Positions 30,841 to 39,823 of a stretch of 64,000 bases of DNA are shown here, in pieces; positions within the stretch are counted from its first letter, which is position 1; each line of letters opens with the position of its first letter. The DNA is taken from contig JAFIEF010000013.1 in assembly GCA_020832655.1 (NCBI GenBank), forward strand, positions 4,316-68,315. The letters run 5' to 3'. Under the pieces are notes generated by a model. The model was not told where the DNA came from and made no database searches. It was given only the letters and a program-made list of their open reading frames with translations. Both the position numbers and the translations under genes were made by a program. The DNA comes from Paracoccaceae bacterium. Its GTDB lineage: Bacteria; Pseudomonadota; Alphaproteobacteria; Rhodobacterales; Rhodobacteraceae.

Positions 30841-30856
30841 CCGGGGCACAGGCGGG
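30783..30856. repeat. Hairpin element D: 15+8+4-bp stem around a CCCCACCCGCCCGCCC loop (minus-strand G4 motif), overlapping the lpxB 3' end
   Basis: Outer arms 30783-30797 cccgcctgtgccccg and 30842-30856 cggggcacaggcggg; inner caatcggc/gccgattg; C-tracts at 30812-30827. Confidence 0.9.
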
Positions 30857-30870
30857 CTGCGGGCGCTTGG

Positions 30871-31806
30871 TCAGGGCTTGGCCAGCGGATGATGATCCAG
30901 CACCAGCGCCTTGAGCCGTTCTTCCAGCACATGGGTATAAATCTCTGTGGTGGACAGATCGGCATGCCCCAGCAGCGTCTGGATCGCGCGCAGATCGGCC
31001 CCGCCCGCCAGCAGATGAGTGGCAAAGGCATGGCGCAGCACATGCGGGCTTATGCCGTTCGGGTTCAGCCCCGCCTTCAGCGCGATTTCCTTGACCACCA
31101 GATAGAAGCCCACACGGCCAAGATGCCCCGATTTCGCGCTCGATGGGAACAGATGGCGCGGCTCTGGCTTGCGCTTCGCGCGAAGCTCGGCGGCGCGGGC
31201 ATCCCATTCGGCCAGCCATGCGCTCAGCGCATCGCGCGCCGGTTGCGACAGTGGCACCATGCGCTCGCGCCCGCCCTTGCCGCGCACAAGGATCATGCGC
31301 GGATCACCCCGCACCGCCGCCACGGGCAGGCTGACGAGTTCAGTGACGCGCAGCCCGGTGGCGTAAAGCAGTTCCATCAGACAGGTATTGCGCAGCTTTT
31401 CGCTGCGATTGCGCCCGGTTTTGCGCGCAGCTTCAAGCAGGGCCGAGACATCTTCGACCGATAATGTCATTGGCAGTTTCTTGCTCTTGCCGGGGCCGCG
31501 GATGCGGCTGGCGGGGTCATCGCTGCGCCAGCCTTCGGCATAGGCAAAGCGGAACAAGCCCTTGATCGAGGAAAGCCGCCTTGCCCGCGTGCTTTGCGCC
31601 AGCCCCTGCCTGTCGCAATCGACCAGATAGGCTTCGATATCTTCGCGCGACAGCGATGCAAGGGATGTTCCCTTCTGGCCCACCCAGCCCGCGAAATCGC
31701 GCAGATCGCGGGCATAGGCGGTCTGGGTGTTCTGTGCCGCCCCCGCCTCGGCGGCAGTGGCATCGATGAAAGCCGAAATCCAGCGCTGAGCCTCTGGCGC
31801 AAGCAC
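30871..31806 (-). CDS. xerD: Site-specific tyrosine recombinase XerD
   Basis: YATGLRVTEL, GKGGRER, SPHVLRHAFATH, LGHADLSTTEIY; housekeeping context next to aroKB. Confidence 0.9.
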   Translation of the reverse strand: MLAPEAQRWISAFIDATAAEAGAAQNTQTAYARDLRDFAGWVGQKGTSLASLSREDIEAYLVDCDRQGLAQSTRARRLSSIKGLFRFAYAEGWRSDDPASRIRGPGKSKKLPMTLSVEDVSALLEAARKTGRNRSEKLRNTCLMELLYATGLRVTELVSLPVAAVRGDPRMILVRGKGGRERMVPLSQPARDALSAWLAEWDARAAELRAKRKPEPRHLFPSSAKSGHLGRVGFYLVVKEIALKAGLNPNGISPHVLRHAFATHLLAGGADLRAIQTLLGHADLSTTEIYTHVLEERLKALVLDHHPLAKP

Positions 31807-31809
31807 GGC

Positions 31810-33384
31810 CTAGCCCCGACGTTCCAACAGCAGCAATTCAATGGCGATCTGGCGCGCGGTGCTGTCCAGCCCCAGCGCGCGCAATGCGGCCAGCCCGTTG
31901 CGCGCCGCGCGCGCATCGCCGGCTGCGGCCAGGGCGATATCGTTCAGCGCGTCCAGCATCAGCGCCCCGCTGGGGCGTTCAGGCAGCGCATCGGTGGTGG
32001 CATTATCGGGTGCCGCCGCTTCATCGAAGGCATCGCGGATCGCCTGTGCCATCGTGTTGCTGTTCAACTCCGCCGGCGCATCGCCAGCGGCCAGCGCCAT
32101 CACCAGCCGCGCCGTATCACTGTCCGGCTGGATTTCGGTGGCGCGGTCCAGCCGCGTCCGGGTCAGCAGCAGCAGTTTCCAGCGGATGCGCTGTGCCTCG
32201 GCATCATCGTCAAGCGCGATATCGGCCAGCCTTTCGGCGAAAATCTCGGCAAAGGCCATTTCCAGCTCGACCCGCTCGAACAAGGGCCAGGCCGCGGTCA
32301 GGGCGCTGGCCACGCGCGCAGGGTCGCGGTGTTGCAGCGCCTGATCCAGGTGCTGGACCGCGCGCACCCGTTCCCACACCCCGCCAGAGGCCGCTGGACG
32401 CCGCGCCGCATAAAGCCCCAGCAGCCGGTTGGCGGGCATCACGCCTGCGCGCGTCAGCCGTTCGGCGGCGTCAAGCTGCGCGCGCCAGCCGCTGGTGCCG
32501 CGCAGATCGGCATGGGCATAGGCCACTGGCAGGCTGGATGTCGGCACCGGATCGCCCAGCGCTTCCAGAATACGCCAGCCCAGCGGCGTCAGTTCGGCAG
32601 GCGGGGCGGGCAGGAACTCTGCTTCTTCCTCTTCCAGAAAGCGGCGCAGCAACTGCGCCTCGCTTGGTTCCAGCAGGCCCAGCGACATTGCCACATCCAG
32701 CGTAGTATGCGCCGCCTGCCACGCGCCCTGCCGGGCCAGACAGAAGATTTGCAACGCATGACCGAATTCAGCCGAGATCATGCCCTGCATCTGCGCGCAG
32801 GCGCGATGCTCTTCGCCCAGCAGCAGCGCGATATCAAACGCACGGCTGTTCAGCGCGCCGGTCTGCACCGGGGCGGCATCAAGCAGTTGTGTGGCGGTTT
32901 CCAGCGCGCCCATCGCAATCAGCTTGTCGATGCGTGCGGTCAGGATGGTGCCGCGGGTTTCGGGCGGCATCTGTTCGGGCGGGTCGAATTCGGCCAGCAG
33001 CAGCCGGTAGCCCAGTTGCAGCGCGGCGGGCATGGTGTCGGTGGGCAAGGCGGCCAGGCCCGAAATCAGCTCTGCCACCGGCATGCCCGACCACAGATCG
33101 CGGTTTAGCCCGATCCGGCTGGCGGCAAACAGCCCGACCTGGTCAAGCTGCGGGGCCGATAGCGGTGCCACCGTGATGGCGGGTTCCTGCGCCGCGTCTT
33201 CCTCTGGCGGCAGCAGGCCCGGCATGAGCAGATCATCGCCCAGCTCGTGCTGCAACGGGAAGGCCAGCGCCTCTTCCAGCCAGCCCACCGCGCTTTGCGG
33301 GCGGGCTGCATCCTGCGCCGCCAGCGGCATGGCGCTGCATGCAAGCAGCGCCGCCGCAACGCCATATCGCGCCGAAGCGATCAA
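31810..33384 (-). CDS. Conserved exported helical hypothetical protein
   Basis: 524-aa ORF with signal peptide (…AMPLAA) and helical repeats; TTG start coupled to the upstream small ORF. Confidence 0.75.
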   Translation of the reverse strand: MIASARYGVAAALLACSAMPLAAQDAARPQSAVGWLEEALAFPLQHELGDDLLMPGLLPPEEDAAQEPAITVAPLSAPQLDQVGLFAASRIGLNRDLWSGMPVAELISGLAALPTDTMPAALQLGYRLLLAEFDPPEQMPPETRGTILTARIDKLIAMGALETATQLLDAAPVQTGALNSRAFDIALLLGEEHRACAQMQGMISAEFGHALQIFCLARQGAWQAAHTTLDVAMSLGLLEPSEAQLLRRFLEEEEAEFLPAPPAELTPLGWRILEALGDPVPTSSLPVAYAHADLRGTSGWRAQLDAAERLTRAGVMPANRLLGLYAARRPAASGGVWERVRAVQHLDQALQHRDPARVASALTAAWPLFERVELEMAFAEIFAERLADIALDDDAEAQRIRWKLLLLTRTRLDRATEIQPDSDTARLVMALAAGDAPAELNSNTMAQAIRDAFDEAAAPDNATTDALPERPSGALMLDALNDIALAAAGDARAARNGLAALRALGLDSTARQIAIELLLLERRG

Positions 33385-33515
33385 TTCACATCCAGCGTGA
33401 CAGGGGTTTCATGTCGCTGCTGATCGGCAGACATGTCGCCGAAATAGGCGTATGCCACCACGGCAATCGCCGCCAGCACCACCAGCATCACAATCAAACG
33501 CACCAGATATCGCAT
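33381..33515 (-). CDS. Small membrane protein (44 aa, below ORF-track cutoff)
   Basis: Translated by hand: MRYLVRLIVMLVVLAAIAVVAYAYFGDMSADQQRHETPVTLDVN*; its TGA overlaps the TTG start of the next gene. Confidence 0.75.
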   Translation of the reverse strand: MRYLVRLIVMLVVLAAIAVVAYAYFGDMSADQQRHETPVTLDVN

Positions 33516-33670
33516 TCAGCCTGCCCTTTGCTGCACTTCTTTGCCCTGTAATACGCTTCTGCCCGTAACGAAAGGATTGCAGGGGTTTTACTTTTCTTTG
33601 CGCCGCAATATCACGACAGGCATGGGGGCCGCCATGAAAACTTGTTGAACTGGCGGGTGAAGGGCGCGTG

Positions 33671-34222
33671 ATGGGCATGAAGCTGCACAAGACCGTTGTC
33701 ATGGTCGGCATGATGGGCGCAGGCAAGACTGCGGTCGGGCGCGAAGTGGCGCGGATGCTGAATGTGCCGTTTCGCGACTCGGATGAGGAAATCGTCGCCG
33801 CCGCGCAGATGAGCATTCCCGAAATCTTTGAACGCGACGGCGAGGAATTCTTCCGCGCCCGCGAGGCAGAGGTGATTGCCCGCCTGATGAAGGGCACGCC
33901 AGCCATCCTGTCGGTGGGGGGCGGCGCATTCCTGCATGAAGGCACGCGCGCACTGATTTCCGAACTGGGCGCGTCGGTCTGGCTGAAGGCCGATCTGGAT
34001 TTGCTGTGGTCGCGGGTGCGCCACAAGAATACCCGCCCGCTTTTGCGTACCGCAGATCCGCGCACCACGCTGGCCGAATTGCTGGACCGGCGCAGCCCGC
34101 ATTATGCCAAGGCCGATCTGGTGGTCGAGGCCAATGCGCGCTATTCGATTGCAGAGATGGCGCAGGCAGTGCTGCGCGAACTGGCGACCCGCCCCGATAT
34201 CCTGGAAGGAGAGGTTCCGTGA
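33671..34222 (+). CDS. aroK: Shikimate kinase
   Basis: GMMGAGKT, DSDEEI, SVGGG, RPLL. Confidence 0.96.
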   Translation: MGMKLHKTVVMVGMMGAGKTAVGREVARMLNVPFRDSDEEIVAAAQMSIPEIFERDGEEFFRAREAEVIARLMKGTPAILSVGGGAFLHEGTRALISELGASVWLKADLDLLWSRVRHKNTRPLLRTADPRTTLAELLDRRSPHYAKADLVVEANARYSIAEMAQAVLRELATRPDILEGEVP

Positions 34223-35337
34223 CGATCGAGCATGTGCATGTTCCGCTGGGCGGGCGGGCCTATGATGTGGTCATCGGGCAGGGTTTGCTGGCCCAATCGG
34301 GCGCGCTTCTGGCACCGCTTCTGCACCGCAAGCGCGCCGCCATCGTGACAGAGGCGCGGGTGGGCCGCCTGCATCTGGCGGGGTTGCAGGCAGGGCTGGC
34401 GGCCCAGCGAATTGACAGCACCGCCCATGCGCTGGAACCGGGCGAGGGCACCAAAAGCTGGGCGGGGTTGCAAGAAGCGGTGGAATGGCTGCTCGATCAG
34501 CGGGTCGAACGGCGCGATATCGTGATTGCGCTGGGCGGGGGCGTGATCGGCGATCTGGGCGGCTTTGCGGCTGCGGTGCTGCGCCGGGGCGTGCGTTTCG
34601 TGCAGGTGCCGACCTCGCTTCTGGCGCAGGTCGACAGCTCGGTGGGCGGCAAGACCGGCATCAATACCCGGCACGGCAAGAATCTGGTTGGCGCGTTCCA
34701 CCAGCCCAGCCTTGTGCTGGCCGATATCGACCTGCTGGACAGCCTGCCTGCGCGCGATTTTCTGGCGGGCTATGGCGAGGTGGTGAAATACGGGCTGCTG
34801 GGGGATGCTGCTTTCTTTGACTGGCTGGAAACCAACGGCCCCGCGCTGGCGATGGGCGACAAGGCGCTTCGGCAATATGCGGTGCGCCGCTCGGTTCAGA
34901 TGAAGGCCGGCATCGTCGTGCGTGATGAAACCGAACAGGGCGAACGCGCGCTTTTGAATCTGGGCCACACGTTCTGTCACGCGCTGGAATCGGCCACGGG
35001 CTACAGCGACCGGCTGCTGCATGGCGAAGGGGTGGCAATTGGCTGCGCGCTGGCGTTTGAACTGTCAGCCCGGATGGGGCTGTGTGCGCAGGAAACCCCC
35101 AGCCGGGTGCGCGCGCATCTGCGGGCAATGGGCATGGCGACCGATCTGGCCGATATCTCTGGCCCGCTGCCCGATGCAGACGCGCTGATTGCGCTGATGG
35201 CGCAGGACAAGAAGGTGCAGGACGGGCGCTTGCGCTTTATCCTTGCGCGCGGAATTGGCGCGGCATTCGTTTGCGATGATGTGCCCCATGAAGTGCTGCA
35301 CAAGCTGTTATGCGACGCGCTTGACGCGCGTCGCTGA
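34219..35337 (+). CDS. aroB: 3-dehydroquinate synthase
   Basis: GEGTKS, LGGGVIGD, QVDSSVGGKTG, LNLGHTFCHA; GTG start. Confidence 0.97.
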   Translation: MTIEHVHVPLGGRAYDVVIGQGLLAQSGALLAPLLHRKRAAIVTEARVGRLHLAGLQAGLAAQRIDSTAHALEPGEGTKSWAGLQEAVEWLLDQRVERRDIVIALGGGVIGDLGGFAAAVLRRGVRFVQVPTSLLAQVDSSVGGKTGINTRHGKNLVGAFHQPSLVLADIDLLDSLPARDFLAGYGEVVKYGLLGDAAFFDWLETNGPALAMGDKALRQYAVRRSVQMKAGIVVRDETEQGERALLNLGHTFCHALESATGYSDRLLHGEGVAIGCALAFELSARMGLCAQETPSRVRAHLRAMGMATDLADISGPLPDADALIALMAQDKKVQDGRLRFILARGIGAAFVCDDVPHEVLHKLLCDALDARR

Positions 35338-35365
35338 GGATTGCCCGAACCCATCAGGATGCAGT

Positions 35366-35995
35366 TCAGGCTGCGCCCTTGATGTCTTGATCTGCCCTGT
35401 TCTGGTCTGCCGCGCGCGCGGCCATCGTGGCGCGGGTCCACCAGTCCAGCTCGTCCAGCATTGCATCGGCTGACCCGCCGATGGTGCCTTCGATGGCGTT
35501 GATCGGTTTTGGATCCCCGCCCAGCGGATGGACCGTAAAGAAATCCGCCCCCGCGATATGAACGGCAGATCGCGTCGCGGCCATCTGCAATTCGATCCCG
35601 ATGGTGCGCAGATGCTCTGCCGCGCGCGCCCCGCCGAGCGCGCCATAGCTGACAATGCCGAACGCCTTTCGGTTCCATTCGACATAGGCCTGATCCAGCG
35701 CGTTCTTCAGCGCGCCAGAGATCGAGCGGTTATACTCCGGTGTCACGAAGATATAGCCGTCATACTGGCCGATTCTGTCCTGCCAGGCACGGGCTTTCGG
35801 GTCTTCGCTCTGGGCCCAAGCATTCGAGGCCACCTCGTCAAACATCGGCAGATCGAATTCCTGCAAATCCAGCAGGTCAACCTGCCAGTCCTTGTGGGCT
35901 TTGGCACGCGCAGTAATCCATTCTGCGGGCTTTGCGCCAAACCGCGCCTTGCGTGTGCTGCCAAGAATGACGGCGATTTTCGGGGTCTGTGACAT
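35366..35995 (-). CDS. NADPH-dependent FMN reductase family protein
   Basis: GSTRKARFG, TPEYNRSISGALKNALD, SYGALGGARA. Confidence 0.92.
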   Translation of the reverse strand: MSQTPKIAVILGSTRKARFGAKPAEWITARAKAHKDWQVDLLDLQEFDLPMFDEVASNAWAQSEDPKARAWQDRIGQYDGYIFVTPEYNRSISGALKNALDQAYVEWNRKAFGIVSYGALGGARAAEHLRTIGIELQMAATRSAVHIAGADFFTVHPLGGDPKPINAIEGTIGGSADAMLDELDWWTRATMAARAADQNRADQDIKGAA

Positions 35996-36237
35996 AAGGC
36001 ACCTTCCATTTCAGATTTCACAGACCACAGATAAGTCTTTGGCACAGCGTCGAAATGCAAATCTGCGCACAGCGCCTGTGCGCGGGATGCGGGGCGGCTG
36101 CCGGGCAAAATGCCCTGATCGAAGATTGTTTCCGAATTCGACGAAATCGGCGCGTTTGGACAAGATTTTTCCCAAATTCGGCCAGATTGCGAGGGCAGTT
36201 TCAGCGCCATGTTCTGATCCCTGGAAGGATAGTGCCA

Positions 36238-37158
36238 ATGCTGCGCCCAGCAATGACCGCCGTGATGCTTGTGATGGCCCTTGCGGCTTGTGATGATGGC
36301 GGCGGCGGCCTTGCGGCTGGCGGGCCACTTGCGGCAGGTGGTGTCGCGGGGGTCGCGGCCAACACATTGCCGCAATCGGGGCAGGGCAATTCGGGCGGCG
36401 TTCTGGCGGTTTCAGGCAGTGCGCCTGCCGCCGGGGTAGAGGCCACCATGTCCTACAACGCCGCAGGCCGCGGCAGCGGTGCAAATGTCATCTTCCATAA
36501 CGGCCCGATGGCAGAGGTCAGCATTACCTGCACGCAGGCCGGTGGCGGGGCTGGCGTTCCTGAATGCGATGTCAGCAATGCTGGCAGCGCTTATCTGGTC
36601 AGTGAACTTAGCGGCGTGCATTCCTATACCGGCGCCTTTGCGGTCAATGGCTATGGTGCGGGGGAAGGGCAGGACGGGTTCGCTTCCATCCATGCCAGCC
36701 CTGAAGGCCGCGGTTTCGTGCAGCTTCCCGGTGAAGCCGTGGGTTATACCGGCCAGTTCCAGTCGGGCGGCAGCCTGCGCACGGGCGGCAAACGTTTTTC
36801 AGGCCGCGCGACCGGCAGTGTCGTGATGGAGGCCGATTTTGCCTCTGGCGCCATCTCGGCCCAGTTCTCCGGCACCTTGCGCGATGACGCAACCAGCCTT
36901 ACAACCCCGCTTGCCGCAGGGTTCGAGGGCGCGGTGATCGACCCCAATGGGCGCTTCTTCAACACCGAAGACACCAGCTTCGCCTATGGCGGACAGCAAG
37001 CCTGGGGCGAGCTGGACGGGGCGTTTTACGGCCCCAATGCCGAAGAGGCCGCGGGCACATTCGGCTTTGGCAATGATCTGGGCGGCATGAGCGGTGTCAT
37101 GATCGGCTGTTCGGAATACAACCCCGTCAATTGCGTCGCGCCCTCGCCGCGGTTTTGA
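36238..37158 (+). CDS. Lipoprotein with a C-terminal TbpB/fHbp-like beta-barrel (transferrin-binding-protein-like)
   Basis: Lipobox LAAC followed by a Gly-rich linker; ADFASGAISAQF...GAFYGPNAEEAAGTF barrel signature. Confidence 0.7.
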   Translation: MLRPAMTAVMLVMALAACDDGGGGLAAGGPLAAGGVAGVAANTLPQSGQGNSGGVLAVSGSAPAAGVEATMSYNAAGRGSGANVIFHNGPMAEVSITCTQAGGGAGVPECDVSNAGSAYLVSELSGVHSYTGAFAVNGYGAGEGQDGFASIHASPEGRGFVQLPGEAVGYTGQFQSGGSLRTGGKRFSGRATGSVVMEADFASGAISAQFSGTLRDDATSLTTPLAAGFEGAVIDPNGRFFNTEDTSFAYGGQQAWGELDGAFYGPNAEEAAGTFGFGNDLGGMSGVMIGCSEYNPVNCVAPSPRF

Positions 37159-37244
37159 CCCGCGCGTGGCCTCGCGCCTGCTTTCTTTTCGTCGGGGCAT
37201 GGGCTATCTGTTGCGCTAAGATGTCCTGAAAGCAAGGCGCGCGC

Positions 37245-39116
37245 ATGACCCGCAGCGACAACCCCGCCGACCCGTTCAAGAAAGCGCTGTCCGAAGCCGC
37301 GCGCACAATGGCCGATGCGCGCGAGATGACAGTCACCTATTCGGTGGATCCGCCGGGGCTTAGCGGTGACACCATGCGCCTGCCGCAAGTCACCCGCCGC
37401 ATGACCCCCGACGAAGTGCTGCTGGCGCGCGGCACGGCCGACACGCTGGCGCTGCGCCACCGCTTTCATGACACTGCAACCCATGCGCGCTATCTGCCCC
37501 AGGGCCAGATGGCGCGGGATCTGTATCAGGCGATGGAAGAGGCCCGCTGCGAAGCCATCGGCGCGCGCCACATGCCCGGAACATCGCGCAATATCGATGC
37601 GCGCATCGGGCATGACGCCAAGCGCAAGGGCTATGCCCAGATCCGCGACCGGCAGGATGCGCCCTTGCCGGTGGCGGCGTCCTACATGATCCGCCAGTTG
37701 GCCACCGACCGGCCCTTGCCGGAAGGGGCCGATCATGTGCTGGATCTGTGGCGCGGCTTTATCGAGGAACGCGCGGGCGGCACGCTGGAAGGGCTGGAAG
37801 ATGTGCTGGCCGATCAGACCGGATTTGCCCGTTTCGCGCGCCAGATGATCGCTGATCTGGGCTATGGCGACCAGCTTGGCGATGACCCCGATGATCAGGG
37901 CGATGATCAGGATGACGGCAGCGAGGACGAAAGCGAAGAGCAGCAGGAAGACCCCGAAAACCCCGACAGCCAGGGCGAGGATGAGCAATCCGACGAAGAC
38001 AGCGACGAGGACAGCCAGTCCCAGGACAGCGCGCAGGCTGATGTCGCGCTTGATGATGACACCGATCAGGAGATGGCAGAGGAAACCGAGATGCCCGAAG
38101 GCGAGGCACCTCTGGACCCGCCCCCACCCCCGCCGCATTCAGAGGCAAACCCGGATTACAAGGTTTTCATCACCCAGTTCGACGAAGAAATCGGCGCCGA
38201 GGATCTGGCCGACCCCGCCGAACTGGAACGCCTGCGCGCCTATCTCGATCAGCAGCTTGACCCGCTGAAAGGCGCGGTGGGGCGGCTGGCCAACAAGCTG
38301 CAACGCCGCCTTCAGGCGCAGCAGAACCGGTCCTGGCTGTTCGATCTGGATGAGGGCATTCTGGATGCGGGCCGCCTGGCGCGGGTGGTGGCCAACCCCA
38401 CCACGCCGCTTAGCTTCAAGCAGGAAAAGGATACCGAGTTTCGCGATACGGTGGTGACGCTGCTTCTGGACAATTCAGGCTCGATGCGCGGGCGCCCGAT
38501 CAGCATTGCCGCGATCTGCGCCGATGTGCTGGCGCGCACGCTTGAACGCTGCAGCGTCAAGGTCGAGATACTGGGCTTCACCACCCGCGCCTGGAAAGGC
38601 GGGCAATCGCGTGAACGCTGGCTGGCTGAAGGGCGCGCGCCGCAGCCGGGGCGGCTGAATGATCTGCGCCATATCATCTACAAGCAGGCCGATGCCCCGT
38701 GGCGGCGCGCGCGCGCCAATCTGGGGCTGATGATGAAGGAAGGCTTGCTGAAGGAAAACATCGATGGCGAGGCGCTGGAATGGGCGCATCGCCGCATGCT
38801 GATGCGCCCCGAGGCGCGCAAGATATTGATGGTGATTTCCGATGGCGCGCCGGTCGATGATTCGACCCTGTCGGTCAATGCCGCGAATTATCTGGAAAAG
38901 CATCTGCGCGATGTCATCGCGATGGTCGAACGCCGCCGCGCGGTGGAGTTGCTTGCCATCGGCATTGGCCATGATGTCACGCGCTATTATGCGCGCGCGG
39001 TCACCATCACCGATGTCGAACAGCTTGCCGGCGCCATGACCGAACAGCTTGCGGCGCTGTTTGACAAGGATCCGCGCGCAAGGGCGCGCTTCAAGGGGAT
39101 CAAGGCGGCAGGTTAA
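37245..39116 (+). CDS. cobT: Cobaltochelatase subunit CobT
   Basis: Acidic linker; VWA domain [32 protein letters not shown]. Confidence 0.95.
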   Translation: MTRSDNPADPFKKALSEAARTMADAREMTVTYSVDPPGLSGDTMRLPQVTRRMTPDEVLLARGTADTLALRHRFHDTATHARYLPQGQMARDLYQAMEEARCEAIGARHMPGTSRNIDARIGHDAKRKGYAQIRDRQDAPLPVAASYMIRQLATDRPLPEGADHVLDLWRGFIEERAGGTLEGLEDVLADQTGFARFARQMIADLGYGDQLGDDPDDQGDDQDDGSEDESEEQQEDPENPDSQGEDEQSDEDSDEDSQSQDSAQADVALDDDTDQEMAEETEMPEGEAPLDPPPPPPHSEANPDYKVFITQFDEEIGAEDLADPAELERLRAYLDQQLDPLKGAVGRLANKLQRRLQAQQNRSWLFDLDEGILDAGRLARVVANPTTPLSFKQEKDTEFRDTVVTLLLDNSGSMRGRPISIAAICADVLARTLERCSVKVEILGFTTRAWKGGQSRERWLAEGRAPQPGRLNDLRHIIYKQADAPWRRARANLGLMMKEGLLKENIDGEALEWAHRRMLMRPEARKILMVISDGAPVDDSTLSVNAANYLEKHLRDVIAMVERRRAVELLAIGIGHDVTRYYARAVTITDVEQLAGAMTEQLAALFDKDPRARARFKGIKAAG

Positions 39117-39817
39117 GGGCGCGCCGTCGCGGACAGGATGTCCTCAACCCAGCCGGGCACGATCCGGCTGGCGGGGCCAAGCCGGGTTTCGTCAAACAGC
39201 CCCGCATTGGCAGAGGCGTCCAGGTTAAGCTCCAGCGTGCGCGCGCCCGCCAGCGCGGCTTCCTGCACAAAGCCCGCCGCCGGGTAGACATTGCCCGATG
39301 TGCCGATGGCCACGAACAGATCGGCCCGCGCCAGCGCCTGATCTATGCGGTCCATCTGATAGGGAAACTCGCCGAACCAGACGATATCGGGGCGGGTTGC
39401 GGCGCGCGCGCAGGCGGGGCAGGGGGCGTGGGGCTGCATCACCCGCGGGGCGTCCCAGCGATGCCCGCAAGCGGCACAAAGCGCGCGCATCAACTGCCCA
39501 TGCATATGGATCACATCGCCCGCGCCCGCGCGTTCCAGCAGATCATCGACATTCTGCGTGACCAGCGTCACCTGCCCCGGCATGGCGGCCTGCAAGCGTG
39601 CCAGCGCGGCATGGGCGGGGTTGGGGCTGGCCTGCAGGCAGTTTTCACGCCGCGCATTGTAGAATTCATGCACCAGAACGGGATTGGCGGCAAAACCTTG
39701 CGGGGTGGCGACGTCTTCAAGATCATATTTCGTCCATAATCCGCCCTTGTCGCGAAATGTGCCCAGCCCGCTTTCGGCAGACAGCCCGGCCCCGGTCAGA
39801 ATGACGATGCGCTGCAT
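39113..39817 (-). CDS. cobB: NAD-dependent protein deacylase (sirtuin, class III)
   Basis: [15 protein letters not shown] (Tyr/Arg acyl pocket), TQNVD, HMHG, CxxC pairs, GTSGNVYP. Confidence 0.93.
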   Translation of the reverse strand: MQRIVILTGAGLSAESGLGTFRDKGGLWTKYDLEDVATPQGFAANPVLVHEFYNARRENCLQASPNPAHAALARLQAAMPGQVTLVTQNVDDLLERAGAGDVIHMHGQLMRALCAACGHRWDAPRVMQPHAPCPACARAATRPDIVWFGEFPYQMDRIDQALARADLFVAIGTSGNVYPAAGFVQEAALAGARTLELNLDASANAGLFDETRLGPASRIVPGWVEDILSATARP

Positions 39818-39823
39818 GGGCGG

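Noticed and set aside
30871-31806. Tyrosine recombinase as a possible integrase of a mobile element
   Set aside because: XerD-like length and motifs, host-like GC, housekeeping neighbours, no att repeats or cargo
36065-36083. Palindrome GCGCACAG-CGC-CTGTGCGC between the divergent FMN reductase and lipoprotein genes
   Set aside because: Could be an operator, but it is a single GC-rich instance with no cognate regulator nearby
37159-37178. 13-mer cccgcgcgtggcc shared with 10618-10630
   Set aside because: Too short and GC-rich to call a repeat copy; no G4 loop or full stem
37880-38140. Low-complexity GAT/GAC/GAG repeats and a C-run in cobT
   Set aside because: Encodes the normal acidic linker and a poly-Pro stretch of CobT
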